NCBI GenBank assembly: GCA_051942245.1
Contig: JAVECL010000081.1
Location: 1-58,563 of the forward strand
Direction: 5' to 3'
Source: Trypethelium eluteriae
Lineage: Eukaryota
Length of the DNA: 58,563 nucleotides
Notes under the pieces: model-generated
Told to the model about the DNA's origin: nothing
Databases searched by the model: none
What the model saw: the letters and a program-made list of their open reading frames with translations, nothing else
Translations under genes and position numbers: made by a program
Shown: piece by piece, positions 37,378 through 49,877 of the stretch
How the letters are laid out: every line of letters begins with the position of its first letter
Position numbering within the stretch: the stretch's first letter is position 1

Positions 37378-37670
37378 GAATCTACCCAGGTACGTTTGCT
37401 CGCAACATTTACTAAGTGATAAGGAGCTCCGCCATCCAGCTATTTCGTATGTATGACTTAAGCAGGTCATACTCCACCAAGCAAGATTAGATAGACGCTT
37501 CACAATGATAGGAAAGGATTCTGGCACGCAAATATGAGAGCTTCTGCGCTCTTCTTCCTCCGCCTAATGGAACATCAGAAGGTGAAGGTGGTAAGTTGCT
37601 GATGGGAGAAGAAAAAGTGCGTACTATACAGATGAAACATTTCTCAAAATCCACCTCACTCAAGAAGACT

Positions 37671-38273
37671 TCAAACGACGACAAAAGCTATAGCAGTAAT
37701 AGCCACGCCAACCATAGCGAGTGAATTGATCATTGCCCCTGCTGCTCCACTGCCGGTATTGCCATTGGAGCTAGTCGTACCACGTCCGCCGCTTGAACTA
37801 CCCCCGCTGCTACCACTGCCTGAGCTACCTTCACCGTCCCCATCACTACCGCTGCTGGAACTGCCACTGCTCGATTCACCACTACTGGAGCCTCCACTAC
37901 TGGAGCCCCCACTGGACCCACCACTCGATCCTCCGCTCGACCCTCCGCTCGACCCTCCGCCACCACCAGCGCGCTTCTCCAAGGGTCTGTCTCCCTCGTC
38001 ATCTCCGGCCGCCGCTCCAGCATTGCTGGTATCGTCGTAATCCTCCCTCGGAAGCGCCTGTTGACCATTGTATCGACCTCTGTCTGCCGAGGAAGCGGCA
38101 TCGTCGTTGGCGCCGCATTCAAGGTCCCCGAGCTCGACGCCTTTCTCACATAGTGCGTGGGACTGTTGAATTGCATGGATTTCTAGGTTGGAAGAGTCAT
38201 TTGGCTCTGGGCTGGGGGCGGTTGTCGTAAGGGACGCAAGGACGAGAGAGACGAGGATTAGGTGTTTGAGCAT
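37671..38273 (-). CDS. Secreted Gly/Ser-rich, probably GPI-anchored protein
   Basis: Signal peptide, LEKR site, (SSGG)n tract, hydrophobic C-terminal tail. Confidence 0.75.
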   Translation of the reverse strand: MLKHLILVSLVLASLTTTAPSPEPNDSSNLEIHAIQQSHALCEKGVELGDLECGANDDAASSADRGRYNGQQALPREDYDDTSNAGAAAGDDEGDRPLEKRAGGGGGSSGGSSGGSSGGSSGGSSSGGSSSGESSSGSSSSGSDGDGEGSSGSGSSGGSSSGGRGTTSSNGNTGSGAAGAMINSLAMVGVAITAIAFVVV

Positions 38274-40157
38274 TTTAGGTGGGCTGGGATTAAGTCTAGA
38301 AAGTAGATCTCTTCAGAGGGAAGAATAGAATAAATGCTAGGAAGGACGAGAGAAACGGGATTTATATTGAGTTATAGGAACAAGAGGATTTTGGAGGGAA
38401 GATACTCAATGTGCGGTCAAGTTGCGACCCCGCAGAGTTTATTATATGTTTCCTGAGGCGGGATTGAAGAGCAAACAAGTGAGAGACTGCCCCGTCAAGG
38501 ACTACGAGTGACTATTCTGGAAGTAGTAAAGGGACTTTGAGAGGATCTGGCTTTATTCGCAGCGTGCCTCATGAGGTTGTCCCTACGCAGGCGCGCAGTG
38601 CGAGGCAGAATGCAAAGCATGTTCCCCTTGAGCGGATTACGTTAGATGTCCAGCGAGGCTGACTCCTCCTTCTGTTGTTGCAAGCTTTGTGTGGTAGGAG
38701 TGCTCAGCTGAACAAACCAATTGATGGCACTGTAGACGGGAGAGAGGCTAAATTGTTTGTGCAGCCGAACCCAGAGTCCTCATATTGCGTAACAAGAACC
38801 GATTCGGTGAGATCCTAGATTTGCCCGGTTGATTTGCCTCCGTTGGGTCGTGGAACAGTCATTGGCCAAGCTAAACGAACGGCAAATTTAGGAGTAGTAT
38901 GCAGTACAAGGTGCGGTGCTTTCGATGTTTACGCCAACCTCTGCGCCTTGCTGGAGATACATGTAGGATTGGCCGTGTGATAAAAAAAACCAGGTTGAGT
39001 TTTCTTGACCATTGCACGCTAAGATTGCCTGCGCCACATTTCTGAAAATGATGTCATGGGAGAGACCAAATTGGCTACCTCGTTTTTCCGTTCCGAGATG
39101 CAGAAGCTGAACCGCGGAGACACAAAGACTTGGCATCTCGAAGCGAACGTAACTCGCCCTCTGAGTTTTAAGCTGCGGCCGTGAAAGCATTCCACTTCTC
39201 ACTGCCATTGGAGAGAAGGCCAACTGCGTCCTCCCGATATGCCAGCAACATCTTGTGGAAAGTCAACGAGGATCCTCTGGGAGGCCGCCCTGAGTAAAAG
39301 TCTGGGGCTCACCTGCGCTTCACCCCTTTGATGACCACGTAAAGATTATCAGCAAGTTCCTGTTTTCATTATCAACCCCAGAATCATTGCCTCGAAGCTA
39401 TGATCCTCGTGAGAGATTGCCGCATTCCATAGCTTTGGGTTTTTTTGTTCCCAAATTATCCTCGAACAATTCTCACAGAGAATTTAGACATTCTAGTTAC
39501 GCCTGCCTCATGGGTTCAGGTACCGCATGACTCTGGTCTCGCGGTTACGGTCAAGGCAAACTAGAGTACAGGCCTTTCTCAGTCTTTGCAGTTTCAAAGC
39601 ATGCCGACAAACAGCAACCACTTTGACACAGTAGAAGTCAATGATAACCCTGTAAGTGATAGTGTGTCACATCGGATCTTTGGGCCAAAATTGGGATGTC
39701 GCGATAACTCCTCGAATATTCTATTTCTCTATCCAACATGCTGGAAAGTATCATAGGCCTCAGACGTGCCCGTTCGGGTTCAAAGGACCTGACAGACTTC
39801 CAAGACAGATTTCTAGCAGGTCTGTCCCACTGGTCTGCTTCTCCGGCGTTGCATTCGACTGCCATGCGCAGAACACTGGTGAGTCCCTTAGGGCGCGCTA
39901 CAACGGAGTCATTATGCTGTAATCCACAGAGCCCTATATTTCGGGCTAGGTTTCGCGCAATACTCTGTCACCATTTGATGTTGTTTTTCTTCCAATGATG
40001 CTCGATTGGTTCTAAGGAGTAGAAAAGAGCGTACGCCTTTCACACAAAACACGAACTATCTGACACATTCTAACCCCTTTCCTTCCGCTACGCTAACGCT
40101 TCTCGCTTCTCCCTTCCACGCCTCCGCGCTTCCCATTCCGCCACCTTCCTCATCCGT

Positions 40158-40487
40158 TCAGTTCACTGGAGAAACGGAGTATCCAATCGAGTTGCATGTT
40201 CCAAATCCGGCGCACACGCCTGTCCATCCGTCCGTGTTGTAGTCCGTAGCTGCTGTATCGCAATCACCTGCCGAGTACACGTTGATATCTCCATTCGAGG
40301 TGACGTTGTTGATAATCATCGAGCTGAATCCTGCGCCGGGATTCGAGCAACTGTCGCCATTGATCTCGTCCTGGTACCAGATGTCCTGGCAGTTGTTGTC
40401 GTGGTAGAGCGTAACGAGGGCGTAGTCGGCGCTGACGTTGGCTGTGAAGGAGAGGGCGGCAAGAGCTGCATAGATAACGGTCTTCAT
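40158..40487 (-). CDS. Small secreted acidic Cys-containing protein (109 aa, 5 Cys), effector candidate
   Basis: MKTVIYAALAALSFTANVSA signal peptide; VTLYHDNNC and NVYSAGDC half-repeats; coding-like codon usage; TATA-like element upstream. Confidence 0.8.
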   Translation of the reverse strand: MKTVIYAALAALSFTANVSADYALVTLYHDNNCQDIWYQDEINGDSCSNPGAGFSSMIINNVTSNGDINVYSAGDCDTAATDYNTDGWTGVCAGFGTCNSIGYSVSPVN

Positions 40488-42774
40488 ACTGGCTGATGAT
40501 AATGATGTTGGAAAGATGAATTGGTTTGCTAGCTTGCTTGCTTTTTTGCTTGCTGAAACTTGTCTGCAGGAAAGGATAATGACCTTGAACTGGATGGCTC
40601 CTGTCCTTATATATTCGTCTTTTCGCCTCCTGACCTTAGATCTACACTCCAAGAAAGAAATGAGAGTCTTGGCAGTCCAAGAGACAAAAGGATCTCATAC
40701 CTAATGCAGACCGGTGGTTTGTTTCACCTCGGCTTCAGAGCCACGATATCTTCGTCATTATGTGGAGGACATCACCCGCCGAGTCTTTATCCTTGTATCT
40801 CAAACCGGTAAACTGATCCATGATCCTGAGCTTTGACTGAGATGTCTCCGTGAACACCAAGAGAATATTGGTAGTTGCAAGACCATTTCAAGCCCTAAAA
40901 TGGAGGTTTTGAGCTATTATCAAAGCAGGTTTGATGAGGACCAGTATACGGACCAAGAGGGCATTCGGCTAGTCCCTATTACCCACTTGAATATCAAATT
41001 TAGCTGTTCATTGTACTCCGTAGACTATCAATCGCTTCAGTATTCCTATTGATAATAGTTTCCTGATATCTCCCGGTGAATACCAGGTGCCTGTTAGCGT
41101 TTGCTAATCTTCTCCTCTGAATGGCTTATCGAGATGTTGTAATGAGTTTGTAATCCATGCTTCTGCGTTTTAGTGAACCGATGGCTCTCCAAACACCGGT
41201 CCGGATCCATGCTAGTGAAATACTACCTACTCGACTACCTCGATATGGGAATTTGTGGACTCCAGCAGTACCGTTCAAGGTAAGTTCCTCGCTTCTTATA
41301 GAAGACTCCTATGTCCGGTGTCTCCGGCATCCTTTTGTCAGGAGCTCTAAATCCAAAGAGGGATCTACACAGGGACCTAAGCTAATCGGACTAGGAAAGT
41401 CTTTCTCGGGTTTTCAGGACCCTTGCTCGCCACATGGTGATTGACCATTTTTGTATGAGAATGTACTGATACAAATATCAGACATCAGACATCGGGCACG
41501 GTAAAACCTGAACCAGCAGGGATCCCGAAGCAACGCTTAAAAATCCTTTAAGGATTCCGAAAACGAAGAGTGTGCTCAGCCGGATAAAGCGGACTGCTCG
41601 TGTGATGGAGATAGCCAACAAGAGTCGTCATCGCTTCGCGATATCACCTCCTTTGCGACCACCCAGCGTAAGAGATCTGCAAATCGAGTAGAAACATGAT
41701 TGCTCTCGTAAATTAATAGCCTTTGATGGCGTGCGGTTCGACGGACTTTGTTTAATCTAGTCAAGTCCAGCAACCTTTCAATGAATCGCACTCAAAATAA
41801 CTTACTATTCATGCTTTACTACGCAAGAATTTGAGGCTGATCGAATTGATCGAATTGATCGATTATTGGATGCAGGGGGGGCCTGTAAAACTGTTAGCGT
41901 TCTCCTGAGTCAGCCGCGTACGGTACCCGCCGACGGTCCTCATATTGTCCACCGGTGTCGTGTTGCACCCTTGTTGCCCAAGAACTCTCAGATCAATAAC
42001 TTCCCCAGCTTCCCCACAGGAACGACGGAAAGGCATGTTGGTCAAGAACTTGCTTCACCACCAGAACTGTTAATGAGCTTAGCTCTATTCCGATCGTGGG
42101 GGCTAGGATCGTGGATCTGACATTCAGGATACCTGGATCACATGGCGGCTTGTAGCCTTTCACCAGGGTGTGGTTGTAGAGTATCAGGGTTTGGGACTGG
42201 TGCCGTAGCTTCCGACCCAGAGTAGAGAGGTGACATCTGTATTTCCGGCTAAAATTGTAGAGGGCATGCGCCTTTCTAGCAAAGTGAGCTCCTGGAAGAG
42301 CATCTGTTCAACGAGTAGCTGTTTGTAACTACACTATCGTGCTTAGCTCTCATGTTATTCCAGTGCAGACTATTACATAACACTTCAACTCCCTGAAAAT
42401 GAGATTTGCAAGATGATGGTCTCCAAATTCTCATTCTAGAGTAGAGTGTTGACCCAATTTGAGAACTAGAAAGTCAGCACTTAACTCCAATATCTTTTCA
42501 GGAGTTCGTTTGCTGCCTGTTCCTCTATCAATTTTCCAACCCACGATACTCACATGATCGCGCCAGACTTCTGCCCAGGCTAGCAAGATGAACGATCTGG
42601 TTTCGGATCCTTAATACAGAAAAGGTCTTGCTTCTCCTTCTAAGGCCAGTAGCGGATTTCCCTTTCCAACCATCCAGCTCCAATCCATCATTCCCAATGA
42701 TCAGTTATTTCTTCAAAGCGGAATCCATCATCACTGTCCTTTCCAACTGTCCGGATTGCACTCGAGACCCTGTC

Positions 42775-43534
42775 TTATTTGACGACTTTATCTGGAAACA
42801 TCCAGACCCTGGTTCTGCCCGTCACTTCATGATAATCGGGCAGTGCCTCTAGCTTTTCGACAATTGCATGTATGCAGTGCTTAACATGGTGCTCGTCACT
42901 ATACCTTGGCGACATAGCCCTCCCAGTGGATGGTGACCTGACCAACTTCCACCATAGATATAAGCAATGAGACATGTGCCAATCTGTGGTGACGGACGTG
43001 ACCGCGAGTCTATCCTCCGGCGCCCCATCCATGATGCGGCCAAGCATGGAGACTTCTTCAGTGCTCAATTGTTGGGTATTCTCTGGGTATTTGTAATACG
43101 TCCAGTTGTGTTGCCCTACTCGACCAATGTCGTCCCATATCCGCATCAGCTCCTCGTCGCGACAACTTTCTGGAAGCCAGGCTGCTGCAAGATGGTCATA
43201 CAAACATCCTTTCGCGATGGCCTCCTTAGGACTCGTTCCGCAGTAGCACGTTTGGTCTGCGGCCGTGACGAATGAGTATGTTCGAAGGCCGAGATCGATC
43301 AGCCCCCAGCTGACCAGTCCGACAATGAGAATCCGAAATAGAATAGACCAGAAGCATGTTGAAGATTTGAGCGGAGTGAGATATTGATTGTCCAGGGCTT
43401 TCTGCTCCTCTTGTGAAAGGAGTGAGACGTTCTCATGTGACCCTGCTTGCAACGATTCTTTGAAGGCCCTAGTGGTACAAAAGTCAACTTTTGATAATCA
43501 GATATTCAAGTTTCTTCGGATCAAACACCTACAT
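42775..43534 (-). CDS. DUF3328/UstYa-like type II membrane protein with two HxxHC motifs; exons 43534-43533 and 43468-42775
   Basis: N-terminal TM, CGTSPKEAIAKGCLYD....WLPESC, HMSHC and HVKHC. ATG is formed only by splicing AT|gtaggt...tag|G. Confidence 0.7.
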
Positions 43535-46356
43535 CAAAGTAATATCGAGGTAATACCAAAATTTGGGTGATGTTCGTCCGGCAGACGGAATAAGGTTTAG
43601 ATATTGAGACTCCCTCGAGATCTTTGGCGGTCAGTTTGAATTCGGCACTTCGTCAAAGCTGAGCTCTAATGCAACCGATCGTATCACTGAGCGGAGTTCT
43701 GATAGATCAAAATAGAATTATGGGTCGGTCGACTTGCAAATTGCTGATCTTCGAGGCCTTGACTTGGCCTGACAGGAGCAATTACATCACATTTAACTGT
43801 TAGAAGCGTCTTCGAGCAACCCTTGCCCGTTTCACCATGGAAAGAAAGATTTGACATATTCCGGTGTTCAGTAAGCTCAGCGCAAGGACTGGAAAGTCTT
43901 CTACCATGTCCGTTGTCTGCAACATGCATTAGTGCGCTTTCATACAAAAAGAGAGCGATCACTACCCAGTGAGGAAGAGATCCTAGAACTCTAGGTCAGC
44001 TCATTTTAAGATGATAGGCTCGGGTCTTTGCGCAGAATTTTCTCGTTTGGGTGGATTTCAACCACTAAAAAAGCGGGAGATAGCGGATGTCGGGGAGCAG
44101 GCTGTAGATACCGTGCAGGCTCACCCACACTTGAGACTGTGTGTGTGGAAAAGGGCCCTGTTTTAGGGAAAACTTAAGCTGTGCCATCCTTTGACCTTGA
44201 ATGAACTGCACCGCAAAAGTGTACAGCAAGGAACTGTTATGACTTAGGCATCAGAACAGTAGAAGGAGGAGGGAGACTGGAGCTAAGGATCGCTCAGGTC
44301 TGTTCAGGGATTAGAGTAGTCAGGAGTGATGAGGACCCCACCGCCACAGCTCCTTGTCGCTTAGTCATGATTCGGAGCTACCTTACTCGCACTCGACTAC
44401 TCCGTACCTTTCTGAATGTGACTTGTCTTGTCCTATTTTACTTTGGGAAATCTACACTGATGCCTCTCGATACAATCCGGGAAGCCTCCAGCCTGCTCAG
44501 AATCGATACTCCATGCAGGCTTGCATTTCTGAACATTTGCAAACCATTCTATCCCATGACTAGCCACAACATGAGCTTTCTCGCTTACTAGCACAGCCAA
44601 CAATCAAGCACATCAGAGAACAAAATCTGTACCTGACGATATATTTGGGTGTTCCGCTGATCACCTGCCACTTTGAAGACGCTTATCCGATGTGCACTCG
44701 GAGCCTTGATTGTACCATATCTGGATTGCGGTTCAGTATTCCACGGCTGGAAAAGTACGGCCAATAGGCCAATTCCGTTTGCTCAACTCGTCGACTCCCC
44801 GCCGCCCCTTCTTTCTTGCAAACCTGAGTAATGTAGGTATCATCGAATCCTGTAGCATGGAGAAGCGCATTGGCCCGACGCGAACGGTCCCATGACGCGG
44901 GGAGCTCCTTTCATCAGCCAAGCGCCTCAACGACAGCATAAGCTCCTCAGGAGGAAATGGCCCCTTGCCATCCAGATGTTTCTTTTAAGATATGGCTCAG
45001 GCGTCACGGTGCGCGGGGCTATTGATTTCGCCTTGCTACTCCACCTGATCGAACACCTGCTGCGTCTGCAGCAGCAGCTATCCACTCAGCAGCTAGACCT
45101 CCGAATAGATAGCCCCTTACTTTGAAGAATATTGGCGGGAATCAGCATTTGCAGACACTAAGTATGCGTCCTTAGACAATATGGGCTGGCGTATCGCCCT
45201 GAGTGAAGTTCTGACGTATTCTGAGTGGCCCTGGGTGGTCTAGGGGTGTAGGTGAGCCCTGGTAATCGTTGAGCAGAACAGGACTTTTATGCATCAATAA
45301 GTCCTCATCGTGGGCTCCGGTAGTAAAGTGTTCGAGTTTGGGGAACGTTACCAAGTCAAAGTCAGGCTTGTTTAATTTGCAAACTTTTCCAGGAATGAGA
45401 TAATTCTGCCAGCTAATGATAGGTGCAGAACGCTTGAAAAGCTCTTCGAGGTAGAGTCTCGGATACGTTGAGAGGATCTTTCAGGAGTGGGTTTTGCAGA
45501 AACAGAAGCGAAAGCTAGTGAGTTAGTAAGACATAGTGGCTCAGGCCTGGCTTCGCAGTTCGATATCGCCTCGACTCTCGAAACTAAGAGAGCGGTTTAT
45601 CAAATCATGAACGAATCGTAAAACCCTAGTTCCGCTGGATATTTTCGGACCACTGACGACATTAGATCTCACTCAATGATCCTCTGGCCAAAGCACATCT
45701 ACGTGTTTGGGGGCAAGATCCACATAAGGAATGGAGTTCTTCGAACAGTGTAGTTGAACATTCATACTGGACAAGTCTGCGAACGATCTCAAAGGGCTCG
45801 CTGAAAGCACTTGAATTCGGCTCCACGAACCAAGAAGCGGCACGACTGAAACTTGGAAAGAAAATAGTAAGGGGACTGTCTTCAACAAGTTCGGTGCCCT
45901 TTATCTTAGAGATTCGTAGATATCCAACCTTGCTTTTAGATGTTCTAAGCGCTAGGAACTGCTGAACTGGCTATCACTCCTCTCCTAACGTTGAGGAGGA
46001 ACAGCTCATGTCAAAGAATTAATTGGACCTACGTTCTAGAAAGCTAGGAAAATGAGCTAAGATAGACTACAGTGTGTAGCACCAACTGATCTTTAAGCTC
46101 AAGGTTCGTTGATATTCTATCAAAGGTTTGGACAGCCACCTCTTCCTCATGGCTCTTATGATACTGTGATAGGAACCTTAGATTCCCTTAAACGCCCATT
46201 ACTTTGATCTAATTCAACTCGATATATTACATAGACACGTATACGTAGTTATGTGTATAATAGTCACGCAAAATTTTCCTATCACTCTACTAGCTTTGCA
46301 TGCCACAGCTCTACCAGAGATCCATATACGATAAGCCGATCTACCTACACCGTTAT

Positions 46357-48296
46357 CTAGACCGTTCCACCTCTTCTTGATTCTTTCACCCGTTCGTCGT
46401 AAACAAAATCTTTCACACGTTTTAGCTCGAAACGCCATACTACGGGATCCGCGAAAAAACTTCTTTGCAGTTTGACCTGAAATCCAAGGTCTTTGAGTTT
46501 GACACGCAACCCATGGACATAATCTCCCTTCAGTGCCCACAAACCTTTACGAAATTTGTGTGGTAAAGCAATGCCTTGGTCCATTTGGTTCCAACCCACC
46601 GTGTCAGTTGGAAGACGTTCCAGAATACCTTTTAAAGCATTGATCCTATCACAATCAAAATGTGCATGTGAAGTATGAAGATCGACCAACTTCTTGTGAC
46701 CAACATCATGAGTGTCAAATTGTTGTCTTTCCTCTGTTGCTTGGATGGCCTCTATAAGGCTTTTCTTCGCAGAGTTCTCCGCCTCGAGCGCGGAAGCTTC
46801 TGCCAAGAAACAAACCAGATTGAATTCAAAGCCAAATCCCAGGGATACAATTTTGATAGGGGTTTTCTGTTTGGAGATGTCTATAACCCCAACTATGCTT
46901 TGTGGATATTCACTTCGCGGATTTGGTCTAAGGATCCTTTGTCGGCCATCTGAAATTGACCTTCCTAAGACTTCTTTATAGAACGGTTTCTGATCACTGT
47001 TATGTTTAAGCATTTTATGTCCGATCTGAAATCCGTGCATTCGCTGGCGTCGACAGTAGAGAGCGTCTTCGGCGTGTCGATCAAGGAAAGGCACTTGACG
47101 AACTTTGATCGCCATTTCTCGCACATGGTAGCCCCGCCAGTCCCAAAATGGATGATTTCGAGTTCCGTCATATGTCATGAGCGCTCTTACCTCTTCGGAT
47201 ACTGCAGCTGATTGATGATTGAAAATGGATTCGCTTGTCTCCAAGCAAGCTTGTGATCGTCCATTTGATCTCGGAGATCGTCACAATCGTCCTTAGCCCG
47301 AGCCCATTGATCGAACTCCGTAAGTCTGCGTAAGAAGATACCAACTCGACTATAGCCACAGCGCCCCCATATGTCTTTTTCTCTCGCGCAATTCAAAATT
47401 GCAACGTACATGTCGAGTTTATTCCATTGATAGATTTCAAGAGTAATCAAAAGACCTCTATTGGTCATCATGAACGCGTTCCCGCCTTTTCTTGACTGGA
47501 TAGGGATTATATCGTGGCACATAGAAAAGCAGCGTGGGGATGGAGCAAGTAGGCCAGGATAGTCCTCTTGCACTCCTGACCATGCAAAAATGGATTGATC
47601 ATCAGAGGTCTTGATGATATTCTCTTGTAGCCGTAGGAAAGCTTTTTGCCCCTCTCCATAGAGTAGGGGCATGTTTACTTCAAAGAGACCCATGAGGCTA
47701 TATGCAACATTTTCGACCTTGCTCGCCTGCCGACGCGAAGCCCAAGACATGCGCTGAGCAACGGAGAAATCTCGGGCATCGCTCTTTTTCATGAGGATCA
47801 TGGGACTGATCTGCGTAATATTGTAAATGATATAACATTGCGATTCTCTGGTACCAATCTCTTGCCAATGTTTATCATAAAGGACGATTTTTTGCGGCGC
47901 AAGAAGTTCTTGCAATGTCCAACTCCGAGTGAACCAGCTGCTCTCTCTGAAAGTCTTTTCATCATCTTTGTAGACATCATCAAGAAATGCGTAACAGATG
48001 GAGGCATTTTCATACCACCTGTACATCGAATTTATCGCCTCTGAGAGTTCAGCGCTACTGCTCTTATCGATGCTACATGTGTCGATCCAGGCGTAATCCA
48101 GCCCTTGAGAAACCGCAAGCTCACAGCATTTCATGATCTTTAGGGCTCCTTTCATGGATGAAGGAAACTCTTCGTTTCGTACGTCGGCGAATTCTACCTC
48201 TTCCTCGCGCCAACGGTGTGAGAGAATAGCGTAGCGCGCACTTCCCTCGTCCAAGAACGATTCTAGCCGGTAGGTGTGTGTGTCAAGTAGACGCAT
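46357..48296 (-). pseudogene. HET-domain (heterokaryon incompatibility) gene with an apparent frameshift at about 47190-47280
   Basis: MRLLDT, YAILSHRW..EEV, WIDTCSIDKSSSAELSEAINSMYRWY, WFTRSWTLQELLAP, SVAQRMSWASRR, NMPLLYGEG.KAF.RLQE, DQSIFAW; the C-terminal half is in a different, overlapping frame. Confidence 0.8.
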
Positions 48297-49877
48297 TTTC
48301 GCACTGATAATGTAGTACCCGATGAGATAGACGCTTGGGCTGGAATCTGTCCTCAGCCATCAAAGCACGCGAATTGAGTCAAATGGCACTCACACTTCGG
48401 TCACGCCTGTTCAATCAAGATTTGAGAGCGTGTTGTTGGATTCTTATAAGACCATCGACGGATTGTATTGGGAAGAACAGCATTGATTTCAGCCCTTATC
48501 ATAGTTCATCGCATGCTGAGCCAGCAAGCAGCAGTGTTTGAAATCTGCAGCTAGCACGGAAGGTACACCTAGGCGAAGGTACACACGTTCCGAGGCTATA
48601 TATTGACAAATGAGTAGAGAGTACACGCTTTCGGCAACAAGTATACCTCTGGAGTGCTCGTTTAAAACATTACGCCCAAAGATGCCAAGAATGTTGTGGG
48701 ACGGAATGATTTGACAACTTGGAAGACAGTACAGATCATTCTCACGTGAGCTAGAAAGCCGTAAGTTTGCTGTCGTATATGACCCGTTGAAACAAGATGC
48801 CTGGAGATACACAAAGGTCATTGGGGTATGTGGTGGGCGTAGAAGCTACATAAGAGTAAGCTAATTAGGTACGGAGTATTTAATTAGGGTTCCAGGGTGG
48901 GTTGGCGCACGGGCCATATGCTCACACAATAAGGTAGCACTTTAGCCAACTCCTATGTCATCCATCCGTTATCCAATACCTTGAATTGTATTGGCACCCG
49001 CCATCATCAATTCGAATTTCCCTCATACAACTCACTAACAGATGGAAGGGGAGAACTCTACTATTACTTTCCTAGATGTATGAACCTCTGTCAAAGGGTT
49101 TTGCCCTTTTGCTGGACAGTGACGAGAGTTCCCTTACCTGCTAGTATCTCTCACTCATATGGGGCAGCCCAAATCTTGAGTTTACTATGGCGGATCCTAA
49201 TTCACCCCTCTCCAACCACCAGATTGGTCTTACGACGCAAGATTCGTGAGCAGAAGAGTTAGTGAAGGTATGCTCGGTGAGTTTATGCTCGTCTATCGTG
49301 CTGGCCTCGTAGAATTGGGCGATCGAGCCAGAATCGTCAAGTTATTATTGGACCATTGGTGAAAGGTTCTTCTTGAAAGACCCTATTTGTGGCCAATCTC
49401 AGGCTAAAATTTCCGGAAGGACCTGAGGGTAGGTTTGGAGGGCAGGTATGAAGGGGATAACCATCAGACTCGTGCCAATCATCTAACGTGATAGCTTGTA
49501 CTGTACTAGCCGGCGACTGGATCGTGGATAAGGGCGTACGTACACATTCGAAAAAACAAGTCATTAGACGTGTATTGCAGAAAGACCGCCAGACTGTATA
49601 GTGTGGTCTTGGAGACGGCTCCCAAAGAAACGCCATGCTCAAGCCTGTCGATGTTTATCCCACTGAGGACTGAAAGATCCATTTCGAGAGCAGACGGAAT
49701 GCCCCATACGAGCTCATGTATAGATAGGTATAATACATCTGCGTGTCTGCCCCTCCCGCCGCCGACTCTTATCCGTTGCGCCCAGTTCGAACGCCACTCA
49801 ATCGAAACATGATATCCTAAACAGCATGACCACCCCGTGAGCCATGCTACAAATAATTGCAAAGTTTCAGCTCCCCT

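Noticed and set aside
41838..41864. (TGATCGAAT)x3 tandem, and (CCAGG)n near 1292
   Set aside because: Short simple repeats without spacers; not CRISPR-like and no functional evidence.
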